From Curvularia clavata (Eukaryota), in NCBI GenBank assembly GCA_023920165.1, contig CP089275.1, forward strand, positions 2,666,001 through 2,730,000: a DNA stretch of 64,000 nucleotides. The letters are read 5' to 3'. The translations under genes and the position numbers were made by a program. Within the stretch, counting starts at the first letter, position 1. Every line of letters begins with the position of its first letter. Shown piece by piece: positions 27,105-38,586 of this stretch. The notes beneath the pieces are model-generated. The model saw nothing but the letters and a program-made list of their open reading frames with translations. It did not search any database and was not told the DNA's origin.

Positions 27105-30100
27105 ATGGCCACCATCAAGGCCATCGACAGCCGCTCCGTGCACCAGATTCAGTCGGGCCAGGTCATTGTCGACCTGCAGTCCGTCTGCAAGGAGCTGGTG
27201 GAGAACAGCATCGATGCCGGCGCCACAGCCATTGGTATGTCGTTGCCATTACCAGTCAGAGGAACCGTAGACAGCTGATGCCCCGCATAGAAGTGCGCTT
27301 CAAAAACTACGGTCTTGACGCCATAGAAGTCCAGGACAACGGCTCTGGCATCTCGCCCGACGACTACCCAACCATTGCGCTCAAGCACTACACCTCCAAG
27401 CTTGCCACCTACGACGACCTCGCCTCGCTGCAGACATTCGGCTTCCGCGGCGAGGCCTTGTCGTCCCTATGTGCCCTCGCCAAGTTCCACATCATCACAA
27501 GCCGCGTCTCGGATGGGGCCAAGGGCACCCGCCTCGACTTTGAGCTGTCCGGCAAGCTCAAGGGAACATCAGTCGTGGCCGCCAAGCCAGGCACCACCGT
27601 CGTTGTTGAGACACTGTTCCATAACCTGCCTGTCCGGCGAAAAGAGCTCGAGAAGAACATCAAGCGCGAGTACAACAAAGTCCTACAGCTGCTCAATGCG
27701 TATGCATGCATCAGCGTTGGTGTCAAGTTTTCCGTCAGCAACCACATACCGAAGGGGTGAGTGGGCAACGCTAGTGTGTAAATGCATACTAACATGTATC
27801 CAAAGAAAGAAGACTGTGGCGTTTGCTACAAATGCAAATACAAGCACGCGTGACAACATCTCCAATGTGTATGGTGCAAAGACGGTTGCCGCCCTCATAC
27901 CCCTCAATCTCGAGTTCACCATGGATTCTTCCAGTCGACCGGGTGCCACCCAAAACGACGCGGCATCACGGGCAGTCAAGATCGTAGGCCACATATCCCG
28001 CCCTGTGCTAGGTGAAGGCCGTCAGACGCCGGACAGGCAAATGTTTTTTGTGAACTCACGACCCTGCAGCTTGCCCCAAGTTGCCAAGGCTTTCAACGAG
28101 GTCTACAAATCCTACAACATGTCCCAGTCTCCGTTCGTATTTGCTGACATGAAGCTTGACACAAATGCCTACGACGTAAATGTGAGCCCAGACAAGCGCA
28201 CCATTATGCTTCATGATCAGACAGTGCTCCTGGAGAGCCTCAAGGAATCGCTGATGGAGTTGTTCGAGGGGCACGAGCAAAGCGTGCCTCGCTCACGGCT
28301 GCTGGGAAACAAAACGCCCTCCAAGCCTGTGACGATACAGCCGCGTGAAAGCACAACAACGGCACAGGAAAATGATCAGCGTGATACCGATGACTCGGAT
28401 ACCGACCAGATTGCAAGGCCGAGGAGAGTCTCAGCACAAGACGGATCCGAGGTAGTCTGTCACAGTCGTACAACGGACATTTCTGGTCATGATAGCGAAG
28501 AGGGTGTGGCCGAGCCGGCCCGTTCACGATCGCAGTCGCCATTGTTTGAACCAGAGGCAGACGCCAGTAATGATGTCGTCAAAGGCCCGCAGCCTTCCAG
28601 TGTCTTCCAACATCCTAACGCTCGTGTTGCGTCTCAGAGTCTTCACTTAGCAGGACCAGACCGCCCGTCAGCGTCTAGTGAGCCTGACGAACAAGATGAA
28701 GGTGTAGAGCAACCAGTTCCGGCCATCAAGCAAACCCTACAAAAGCCGTCGTCCCAGAGCACCATTCAAAATGCTTTTGACCGTATGCGTTCCATGCGCA
28801 CCCCAACTCAGCAAGCCACTATTACTGTGGGTGCTACTACGACTGTATCCACAATCGGCACTACTAGACGGTCGATAATACATATGCCTAAGTCTTCCCC
28901 ATCCGGTAAGCCACTGAACCCGACGCCCAGTAAGAGTCTGTTCAAGAAAGGTCTGAGCGGGTTCAGCGCACCGGGCACTCGATTGGGGAGTAGTGAAGAG
29001 GAGGAGATTGAAGAAGAAGAGGATGAGAACGGGGAACAGAACAGTGTCCCGCGTGGGCATGTACGCTCGCCTTCTTTGCAGGAGCGTTTACCAACGAGAG
29101 CCTTGGAGGATGTACGCAGTGATGATCTAGCAGTTTCATCAAAGGCCTTTCCGGCTCGCCCAACATCAGTCGTTGATGCATTGCCAGATGCCGGGCCTCT
29201 TGACAACACCGAAAAAGTAGTAGAAGCAGTCGGTAGTGATTCAGACGAAGATTACGAGGACGAGGACAAGGACCAAGGAAAAGGGAACGAGGATAACAAA
29301 ATCACCGAGCTGGACGCTGAAGCTGAAGCAGATGCTGTCCAGCCCTCTGAGATGAGTCTAAAGCGTGCCAACAAACTCTTTGATATTCCACCAAAGAAGT
29401 ACTGGATCCTCAATCTCAAGCGCGTCACACGTACCGATACAAAGTCGATTGCTCGCCAGGTGCAGCGAAGCCGAACACAAACTAATGTCTCTCTAGGGGG
29501 AGATGGGCAGACGGCAACACTGCTTACGAGCAACCAGCCAAATGCAGACGCTGCTGAAGAACGGCTCAGTCTCACCGTCACAAAGGCTGACTTTGGCAAG
29601 ATGCGTATCGTTGGGCAATTCAATCTGGGCTTCATCATAGCGGTGCGACCACCAACGTCGACGTCGCCCCATGCAGAACTTTTCATCATCGACCAGCATG
29701 CTAGTGATGAGAAGTACAACTTTGAACGCCTGGCAGCGACGACGAAACTCGTGTCACAGCGGCTTGTTCATCCACATCCTATTGAGCTGACTGCGGTGGA
29801 ACAAGAGATTGCCCTTGCAAACAAACATGTACTCACGGCCAACGGCTTTGTTATCGAGTTGAACACTTCAGAAGGGGGCGAGGCTGGCCATCGTGCTAAG
29901 CTGACCTCGCTACCCATGTCTAGAGAAGTAACGTTTACGCCTTCTGATCTGGAAGAGCTTTTGGCTCTTATCATGGACAATCCACCGTCGTCGTCGACTT
30001 CGACATCCTTGCACATGCCCCGGCCGTCCAAGGTCCGAAAGCTGCTGGCGAGTCGCGCATGCAGAAGCTCGGTGATGATTGGAAAGACGCTAAAGCCGGC

Positions 30101-30296
30101 GCGAATGAAGGAGATTGTGCGCCATATGGGCAGCATGGACAAGCCGTGGTCGTGTCCTCATGGGCGACCCACGATGCGCCATCTCCTTGGTTTGGACATG
30201 TGGCAGGGTTGGAAGGAAGGAGATGGCGTTGTGGGCGTGGATGCCCAAGGCGAACCAACAGATTGGGGCGCATACCTAAACAAGAGTAGAGCTTGA
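27105..30296 (+). CDS. PMS1: DNA mismatch repair MutL homolog Pms1 (PMS2-type); 2 introns
   Basis: [19 protein letters not shown]...[25 protein letters not shown], the endonuclease motif [20 protein letters not shown] and [11 protein letters not shown]. Confidence 0.97.
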
Positions 30297-30680
30297 ATCA
30301 ACATGGATTATCAACAGCCAGGGAACAAGAATACAGGCTGTGAGTGAAGAATTTGGACTTTTGATGAAGGCGTGGTACATGTGTTTACAAGCAAGATGTT
30401 CGGGTACTCTTGACTGTACCCTACCTGATTGTTAGTTGATTGGGTTGGGGATATGGGTTAATCTCATGCATCACAGCGCGATCCGATCATCCACACAGGT
30501 TTGGGCGCTGTCCGTTGGTCGACAAGCAGCACGGTATCAAACGCTTGCCAAACAATTTTCGGGTTGCTGGTGACGAACACCTTGACAGCGTGCTTTATCG
30601 CCGCTACACTCCATTACTTTATTGTTTCGTCTTTCTGGCCTTTTTCTTTCATCTCATCACAAGTTGAATACGAAAAAGTC

Positions 30681-31121
30681 ATGTTCCCGCCATCAAGCAT
30701 GCAGTCCGAGCAGCAAAACAGCGATTTCCAGGATGAGCCTGATTTCTCGTGGACAAGTGCAAAGTCATTCTGGATCGTTATGATAGTCGCGAGTGTCGTC
30801 GTCCTGCTACATATCTTATATAAAGCCGGCAAGCGTCACCGTTACAAGAGGCAAATTCGCACGGCCCCGAGTTTGTCATTGAGAAGCGGGAGGTTGATTC
30901 GGATAAGTCAAGACAGAAGGCAGGACTGTGCAGTACAGAGGCCGCTGAGAGTGATGACCAGAAGGTGCAGTGGAGGTAGCAACAGTAGCAGCAAGGTGTC
31001 GATTTTACCACGATATGAGCAATTTGCAGAGGGCGAAGCGTGTGGGCAGCATGTGCAAATTGAGAAAAGAGGACGTTATACGTATGTGTTGGGGCAGCAA
31101 TGGCCTGGACAGCGAGAGTGA
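30681..31121 (+). CDS. Putative small single-pass membrane protein
   Basis: Acidic N-terminus, hydrophobic FWIVMIVASVVVLLHILY, basic flank KAGKRHRYKR and an LPRY motif. No recognised homology. Confidence 0.45.
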   Translation: MFPPSSMQSEQQNSDFQDEPDFSWTSAKSFWIVMIVASVVVLLHILYKAGKRHRYKRQIRTAPSLSLRSGRLIRISQDRRQDCAVQRPLRVMTRRCSGGSNSSSKVSILPRYEQFAEGEACGQHVQIEKRGRYTYVLGQQWPGQRE

Positions 31122-31336
31122 AAGAGAGACCTCGGCCAAATGTGGGTGGCTAGCGCGGGATGGCATAACGAACGCGGAAGGTACCGGTTGACGCACCAAG
31201 CCCAAGACGCCCGCGGCCGGTGGAGCTTTCTTTTTCTGTATCCGAGCTTTGCGCAACTTCTCCGCCGCCGACCACCCACCTCCCACGACTTGAAGCTGCA
31301 ATTGGGTTCCACCACCAACTTCTGTACACCCGAATC

Positions 31337-32711
31337 ATGCTGGCTGCCCGCTCCTTTGCCTCGCCCGCCCGGCAATGCCTGCGCCAGGCCAACCGCTCGC
31401 GATGGGCGCCTGCGCTGTCCCAGGTGAGCTTCTAGCGGGACCAACCCCGTCCCACCTGTTCGCGGATATCATGTTTTGAGAAAGAGAGAGATAAAATGAT
31501 GAGATAGAGAGATACAGGGGGAGAGAGAAATGCAGAAAAAAAAGGAGAAGCATATCAAAGAAAAAAGGCTGATATATGGCCCAGGTCTCGGCTCGAACAT
31601 ACGCCTCCGAGGTCGCCAAGTTCCACGGAAAAAAGGGCAGCGACGGCAAGTACTGCGTCACTCTGATTGAGGGTGACGGTATCGGCCCTGAAATTGCGCA
31701 GTCGGTCAAGGACATCTACTCGGCTGCCAACGTTCCCATCAAGTGGGAGTCGGTCGACGTCACCCCGCGCCTCAATGAGGAGGGCAAGACGGTCATTCCT
31801 GACGAGTCCATTGCCAGCGTCAAGAAGAACCTCGTCGCCCTCAAGGGCCCGCTCGCCACGCCCATTGGCAAGGGCCACGTCTCGCTCAACCTGACCCTTC
31901 GCCGCACCTTCAACCTCTTCGCCAACGTCCGCCCCTGCAGATCCATTGCCGGCTACAAGACGCCCTACGACGACGTCGACACAGTCCTGATCCGCGAGAA
32001 CACCGAGGGCGAGTACTCTGGCATTGAGCACATTGTCGTCGATGGCGTCGTGCAGAGCATCAAGCTCATCACCCGTGAGGCCTCTGAGCGCGTCCTGCGA
32101 TACGCCTTCCAGCACGCCCGCGACATTGGCAGGAAGAAGGTCCGCGCCGTCCACAAGGCCACCATCATGAAGATGTCGGACGGTCTCTTCCTCAGCACTG
32201 CCCGCGAGATTGCCAAGGACTTCCCCGACATTGAGTTTGACGCCGAGCTCCTTGACAACACGTGCTTGAAAATGGTCACCGACCCTGTCCCCTACAACGA
32301 CAAGGTGCTCGTCATGCCCAACCTGTACGGAGATATTCTCTCCGATATGTGCGCCGGTCTCATTGGTGGTCTCGGTCTGACCCCCTCCGGAAACATTGGC
32401 GACAACTGCTCCATCTTTGAGGCTGTCCACGGATCTGCGCCCGACATTGCCGGCAAGCAGCTCGCTAACCCCACCGCGCTTCTTCTCAGTTCCATCATGA
32501 TGCTGCGACACATGGGCCTCAACAGCGAGGCTGCCAACATTGAGCAGGCCATCTTCAAGGTCCTCGCCGAGGGCAAGGTAAGTTTGCAATCTTGTGTGCC
32601 CTTTGCAATAGGCTAGTTTACTGATTTGCACTACAGACTATCACTGGCGACCTGGGCGGCAAGGCCAAGACCTATGAGTACGCCGACGCCGTCATCAAGG
32701 CGCTCAAGTAA
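31337..32711 (+). CDS. IDH2: Mitochondrial NAD-dependent isocitrate dehydrogenase catalytic subunit; introns 31424-31583 and 32578-32636
   Basis: Presequence MLAARSF..., then [34 protein letters not shown] and [13 protein letters not shown] (catalytic-subunit type). Confidence 0.96.
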
Positions 32712-33042
32712 ATTACTGGGTTATGGATTTGATGAGCATGGACATGACCAAAGGGTAGCCATTGCATATCTGGATATGTACTAGTCCCTGTACTATATAG
32801 CTGCCATTTAGCTAGATATACGCCGATACCTCTTGAAATTCGTACATTGACAAGAATGATTTTGTCTTTTTCTATCTTTGTTTTTTTAACTGTCAGTACC
32901 CTGTGCTGTGGAACATTTTGAGCCTGGGGACGGATGTGCCCTGCATAATCACTGTGCAGCGCGAGCAGGAATAGCCGAAGAGGACGCGTCTTGGCCTGGG
33001 AACCATACGCTTGTCCGCCGACTAACCATTATTTCCCTCCCA

Positions 33043-33930
33043 ATGCCGCCAAAACCTCCGTTACGCCTGCCCGTAAAACCACCGGCTGCACCAAGAGTGC
33101 ACGTCAAGCCATCACTGCCAGCCTTGGCAGCGAAGCCTGCTGCCCGAGTTCCGCCGCATTCGAAGCCTGCCGTAGCCTCAGCACCGAGCAAAGCTCCCCC
33201 ACCACTGCCATCATCACCGTCCGAATGGCCTAAACAGAGTCGCTCAGGCTCAAGCAGCCGCTACGTAAAATGGGGCACCAATGGCCTGGTAGCTATATGC
33301 TTCCTACTGTTTCTGCGCGACCACTACTTTGAGCTGCAACATGTGCGTGGTTCGTCCATGGCACCTACACTGAGTGCGGATGCGCATGAGACGGGCAGAG
33401 AAGACTACGTGATTGTGCGACCATTCCTTGAGCGTAGTAAGGGGCGAAAGGGGGAGCAAGGCAACGGGCTGGGAATTGAACGCGGCGATGTGGTGACGTT
33501 CTGGAAACCACATAAACCGTCCGAAATGGGAATCAAGCGCGTGGTCGCTATTGAAGGCGATACGGTCTACCCGACGCGCGGCTACGCTCTCGACACGGTA
33601 TTGCGTGCCTCACGCATGCAGGGCTTTCCAGACGGTTTTGCAGAAGCCGACGCCGACTCGGTGGTGCCTGGGTCTCAGCAGCAAGAACTTGGCAAGGTGG
33701 TGGTGCCGTATGGGCATGTGTGGATCGAGGGCGACAACTGGCGCAAGAGCCTGGACAGCAACGACTTTGGACCCATCAGCAAGGGACTCATTCAGGGCAA
33801 GGCAGTCAAGGTGTGGAGAAACTGGTTCAGCCTGATGGATATCGGGGATGAGAGGAAGAGGAAAGAGAGCGGTATGAGGAGTCGAGTCGTCGAGGGGCGG
33901 AGCGAGATTCCTGCCGTGTTTCTCGAGTGA
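33043..33930 (+). CDS. IMP2: Mitochondrial inner membrane protease subunit (peptidase S26, Imp2-like)
   Basis: VRGSSMAPTL (catalytic Ser), ERGDVVTFWKP, IKRVVAIEGD (catalytic Lys) and VPYGHVWIEGDN...SLDSNDFGPIS.GLI.G. Confidence 0.82.
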   Translation: MPPKPPLRLPVKPPAAPRVHVKPSLPALAAKPAARVPPHSKPAVASAPSKAPPPLPSSPSEWPKQSRSGSSSRYVKWGTNGLVAICFLLFLRDHYFELQHVRGSSMAPTLSADAHETGREDYVIVRPFLERSKGRKGEQGNGLGIERGDVVTFWKPHKPSEMGIKRVVAIEGDTVYPTRGYALDTVLRASRMQGFPDGFAEADADSVVPGSQQQELGKVVVPYGHVWIEGDNWRKSLDSNDFGPISKGLIQGKAVKVWRNWFSLMDIGDERKRKESGMRSRVVEGRSEIPAVFLE

Positions 33931-34832
33931 GCGCCTGAGGGAACTGGACACTCGGAGCATTGTTTCGCGAAAGGCACGATTCTAGGATGGACCCATCTAT
34001 CGTCTTCTCGCTTCTTCGGTTCGCAGCTACTTGATACTCGTCCTTTGCTATGCTTGCAGACAACGAGGCAGATAAAGCTTGCAGGCTTGTCGTTACAAAT
34101 TCGAGAGGCAGCGCGCGGAAAACCCCACCAGGCTGCATCTTGATATGATGATCTATGTATGACATGGAGATTGGAGGGAGAGAGGACCGAGCCAAAGGTG
34201 ATATGGAGCGTCCGGCTAGCCCAGCCCAGTCCCAAAATAGATGGCACCGTCATACTAGAGCTGTTCATGTTTGTCGGTGTGCTACCCTGGCCAAAGGTTG
34301 TAAAGTGGAACTCGAAGCTCTCAATGATGGAGGACAGCACGTTGAGCACCCAGAGGCCCGCCTACACGACTCTGTACCAATACCGTGGCAGACGATGCAA
34401 GAGATGATGACTGTAGCATGATACGCCAAAGCATGTTCGGTGCATGGAATGAAGGGGAGAGGCGCATGAGGCAGGGCTGCTCGTACATGTATTGTCCGCG
34501 GACACGACAGCACGGTCGGCCTGCAGAGACATCTTAGCCTTTTCCCAGCATAGCCATTGCTGCATGCGCGAATATATTGGTCCCGTCTCGTCTGCTTCGC
34601 CCCTCAACGGCGAGACCCTGTGCGTTGCGTCTTCCCCGCGCTAGCTCGACACGGCCCCACCCCGCCACGCGTGTTGCATTGCACCAGAGCTCACCGCCCA
34701 CGCCAGAACGACCACCTGGCCGATAACAAAAGCTCCGCCTGTGCTGGATTGCGAAGCTCAAGGTTGCTTTTTCCTCTCCACTCATCCCTGCATTGCATTG
34801 CCCATACCCTACATACCCATACACATCCCACA

Positions 34833-35566
34833 ATGGCGGCTGCAATCCCCCCAGGTGGAACCTTCTTCGAAACCCTCTCCAAGAGCTTCGTCGATGTCCC
34901 CGTCGACGAGTCCAAAGACAAGGCCATCAGCACCACCGACTTCCTTCAGGCTGCCGAGAGCCTCACTACCTTGTTCGATGTTTTGGGCGGCGCCGCTTTC
35001 AGGCCCGTCAAGAGTGACATGACTGGCAACATCAAGGTGTGTCCAGAGCATCCAAGACTTGCAGTCTCCAGTCCTCTACTGACATGACATAGAAAATCCG
35101 CGACAGGCAGCTTGCTGCGCCTACCCTTTCCGAAACCCTCCAGGACCTCGTTCTCAATGAGCTCAAGGAGAAGAAGCACGTCGCCACCGAAGGACTTGTA
35201 TGGCTGAACCGGTATGCACCCTCTGCTTCATGAACTGCCAGTCGCACCATCCTTATACTGACAACGCCCAGTGGCCTTGACTTCACCGCTCAAGCCCTCC
35301 GCCACAACATCTCCAACCCCTCGGAGGAGCTTGCCCAGTCTTTCCGTGAGGCTTACGGAAAGACACTCAAGCCCCACCACTCGTTTGTCGTCAAGCCGAT
35401 CTTCAGTGCCGCCATGAGCGCGACCCCCTACCGGGCCGACTTTTACAAGAAGCTGGGTGACGACAATGCCAAGGTCCAGGCCGAGCTGGACAAGTGGCTG
35501 ACTGCGCTGGAGAAGGACGTTGCCATCCTCAACGAGTTCCTGGCCAGGAAGGAGGCCAAGTGGTAA
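34833..35566 (+). CDS. Glycolipid transfer protein (GLTP/HET-C2 family); 2 introns
   Basis: Motifs FDVLGGAAFRPVKSDMTGNIK|KIR, ATEGLVWLNR|GLDFT and AYGKTLKPHHSFVVKPIFSAAM. Confidence 0.93.
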
Positions 35567-35603
35567 ACGCACTGCTTCCACACGCAATTGAAGTTGTGGA
35601 AGA

Positions 35604-35639
35604 GAAAAGAAAAGAAAAGAAAAGAAAAGAAAAGAAAAG
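35604..35639 (+). repeat. (GAAAA)7 pentanucleotide microsatellite in the 3' region between convergent genes
   Basis: Read directly from the sequence. Confidence 0.95.
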
Positions 35640-35764
35640 GATAAGAACAAAACGGGAAAGACATCAATAACGATTCATGTTGCACGACGCTCATACTTGC
35701 TTGAACATCTTTCATATACTACATGACGCCCAGCTCTCTGCGCCTGTATGCTGTGATGCGTGTC

Positions 35765-36976
35765 TCATCCGTCCTGACCAGGTTTCTTCCTCTGGAATAC
35801 GAATAGCGCCTCGTCCTTACCTGCAAAGCTCGGCAGTGGCATTCTCAGCGTGAGCTCAAAGTGACGCAAGTTCTTCTCCACCCATTCGTCAACAATCATA
35901 TCTCTGAACGCTGTGAACCCATTTTTATTCTGCGTTCCGGCAACTACAATCGTGTCACCCTCAAAGGCCTTAAGTATGGGAGCTGTGAAGTCTCCTGTGG
36001 CCTGGGGATACACGAGCAGCAATACACATCCTTTTCCGCCATTGTTCTGCTTTAGATACTGCTTGCCGTCCATGTGTATTGTATCCTGTATCCAAGAAAC
36101 ACGGTACTCGCTGACCTGGCTGTCAATGGCCCTTACATCCAGCGGCTTGGTAACCCCAATGTGAGCAAGCGGAAAGTGCCGCAGCATGTACGTCCAATAC
36201 CCGTTTCCGGATCCGACATCAAGGATAGGCAGCACGGCTTCTTTGCTTGGGCGCGCAGGCTGCGCCAATTTGGCTACGACATGCAGCGCTGCGTATGAGG
36301 GAACGACGCAGCCAAAGTGGTGATAGAAGAGGGGCAGGATATGGTGGCTTATCCTTGTGCGTGTGGTGGATGGTAGTGGCCCGGCCCATTCCAGCTCTTC
36401 ACACGAGTACTTCCATAGGTCCAGATACGGGTTGGTATGCTGTCGGTCTTTTTTGCTTGGCAGGAGACCTAGGTTGGACGCCGTGGTATTGTGAAAGCGG
36501 GCGGTCAGGTGCGCAGCTATGTCCTGGCGCAGGGTATTTGCTTTTGCACTCTTGAGGAAGCTGTTGAGTGCTTTGGGGAGATTGGCTGAGGCGCTGAAGA
36601 GGGCCGTGTAGGCTTTTATCTCATCGAGCGAGGGGTGTGGTGGGTCGGTCTGGCTGGGTTGTTAGGAGACGGGATGGATTCATGAGCAGTGGATGATGTT
36701 ATTCTTCATTGAAGCAGCACAGTTGGTACATACAGGCTTGCCATTATCATCGTGATACCACGCGTGCAGGTCATGCTGCCTTTTTGCATCAATGGCTCGC
36801 TGCGTGACATGCAGCGTAGTCTCTGCTTGGGCTCGGTACACGTAGGTGTCTGTGGGTGGAATGTCGAATGCCTCTCCCAAGCACTGTGCCAGCGGTTTCT
36901 GGCTGTGCAACGGCGAGTACTTTTCCTCCGACCATTCGTCCAAGAATGTATCCGGGTTGAAGTTCTTCAGCGCCAT
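35765..36976 (-). CDS. Uncharacterised protein with class I SAM-methyltransferase-like motif; 1 intron
   Basis: MALKNFNPDTFLDEW... is spliced (GTATGT..CTAAC..CAG) to ...HHFGCVVPSY...ILDVGSGNGYWTYMLR...LLLVYP. Confidence 0.8.
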
Positions 36977-37447
36977 GTTGGTGGTGCTGGTGGTAGTAGT
37001 CGGCACGTGACGAATCTGTATGTGTACGTAATTGTAGCCCCGCGGCACCACGTGCAAAAACAATCAAACCCCTATTCTTCAGGCTCTTTCTGCGCCTTGC
37101 AAGACTTACCCAAACCGGCTGAAGATAGTTGGCACGCGAAGTCGTTGCTCTTCTCGATTGGCATGACCGCCGGGCGTTCTGCGCTCTTCGGCAAGCAGCG
37201 AATGACGTGCCGCTGATCAAGACGCGGCGCCCGTCTCGTCATCCATCACTAATCAGCCAAGCCAGCCTCTCCCGTCTCCACATCACCGACTCTGCTAGCC
37301 TTACCATTACGCCGTCTTAGTCACTCATTGCAAATGCCATGCGCGAACGCGGCCGCAGCTTCGAGATGATGCACCAGCCTAATGCGCGGCTGCGACTGAA
37401 TATAAAGACTGCCAAAGACGTCCCATGAGACAAAATCCCTTTTCGTG

Positions 37448-38478
37448 ATGACAGACAAAACAACACAAGCTGAACCTCGTTCTTCAACATCTGATACCAC
37501 ATACTCGACCACTACAAAGACACTCACAGTACTTGTTGGACTACTAGCAGTCATCCTGGCTTTCTCAAGCGTGTTCCGTAATACCTTTTCCTCTGTCATT
37601 GCAAAACCGGCCGCTCGCGCCATGTCGACCTCCGCACCAGCTTCCATGAAGATCACCAAGCGCCCTTGGTCGCAACGTGGACACGCCGACCACGGCTGGC
37701 TGTACACATACCACACCTTTTCTTTTGCTTCCTACTATGACCCGCGACACGAGAGCTGGGGGCCGCTGAGAGTCATCAATGAAGACCGAGTCGAGGCTGG
37801 TACTGGATTTGGTATGTATCCTGTTGCAGTTATATAATCATCTTTCGTCGCTAACACCAACAAATAGGTACCCACAGCCATGCCGAGTTCCTCATCTTCA
37901 GCTACATTGTCAACGGCGTCCTCGAGCACAAGGACAGCATGGGCAACCTCGAGAACCTCAAGCGCGGCGAGGTCCAGTTCACCAGCGCCGGTACGGGTAT
38001 CCGCCACTCCGAGTACAACCGCAACACCGATTCGGAAGTCCATTTCCTTCAGATCTGGGCCAAGCCCAACAAGAGGGGTCTGAAGCCCCACTACGAAACC
38101 AAAAAGTTTACCGATGAGGAAAAGACCGACAAGCTCGTCCGTATCATGGAGTATACTGACAGGCTAGGCGACAGCAAGAACGCCATTGGCCTGCAGGCGG
38201 ATCTCAGCATGGATGCGTCTATCTTGTCGCCTGGAAAGAAGGTCGTGCATGACCTGGTCGCCGAGGGACAAAGAAAGTTGTTCGCCCACGTCGTCATGGG
38301 CGGCCGGTCGCAGCCAAAGCAAGGTGGAGCACAGATCAAGATAGGAGATACTGTATTGGGCGAGGGTGATGGTGCGTACATTGAAGGCGTAACCGGGCCC
38401 GGCAAGGTTGAGATTGAGAGTGTGGGTGATAAGCCAGCAGAGTTTTTGCTATTTGATCTAGGGCCGGAGGATGCGTAG
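37448..38478 (+). CDS. Pirin-family cupin (YhhW/quercetin 2,3-dioxygenase-like); intron at about 37813-37867; alternative in-frame starts at 37622 and 37646
   Basis: [21 protein letters not shown]...[11 protein letters not shown]...[26 protein letters not shown]...[12 protein letters not shown]...FLQIW. Confidence 0.93.
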
Positions 38479-38586
38479 AAGGTGGATAAATGAATGATGA
38501 ACGATTAACATATCTCTTTTCGGATTATGTAAATGATACGCAGTAGCGCTTTTATGATATATTCATCATGTAAACCAGTATACAAT

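Noticed and set aside
31496..31572. ATGATGA...CTGA suggesting an intronic C/D snoRNA in IDH2
   Set aside because: The CTGA is the branch-point motif, the interior is low-complexity purine sequence, and I see no terminal stem or guide.
31555..32631. 358-aa antisense ORF opposite IDH2 (similar ones lie opposite ERG5, PLD, Hsp110 and LAT1)
   Set aside because: These are the same codon-bias shadow ORFs, each confined to a sense exon.
33960..34800. ORFs of 80-185 aa between IMP2 and GLTP
   Set aside because: They overlap on both strands with no recognisable motifs.
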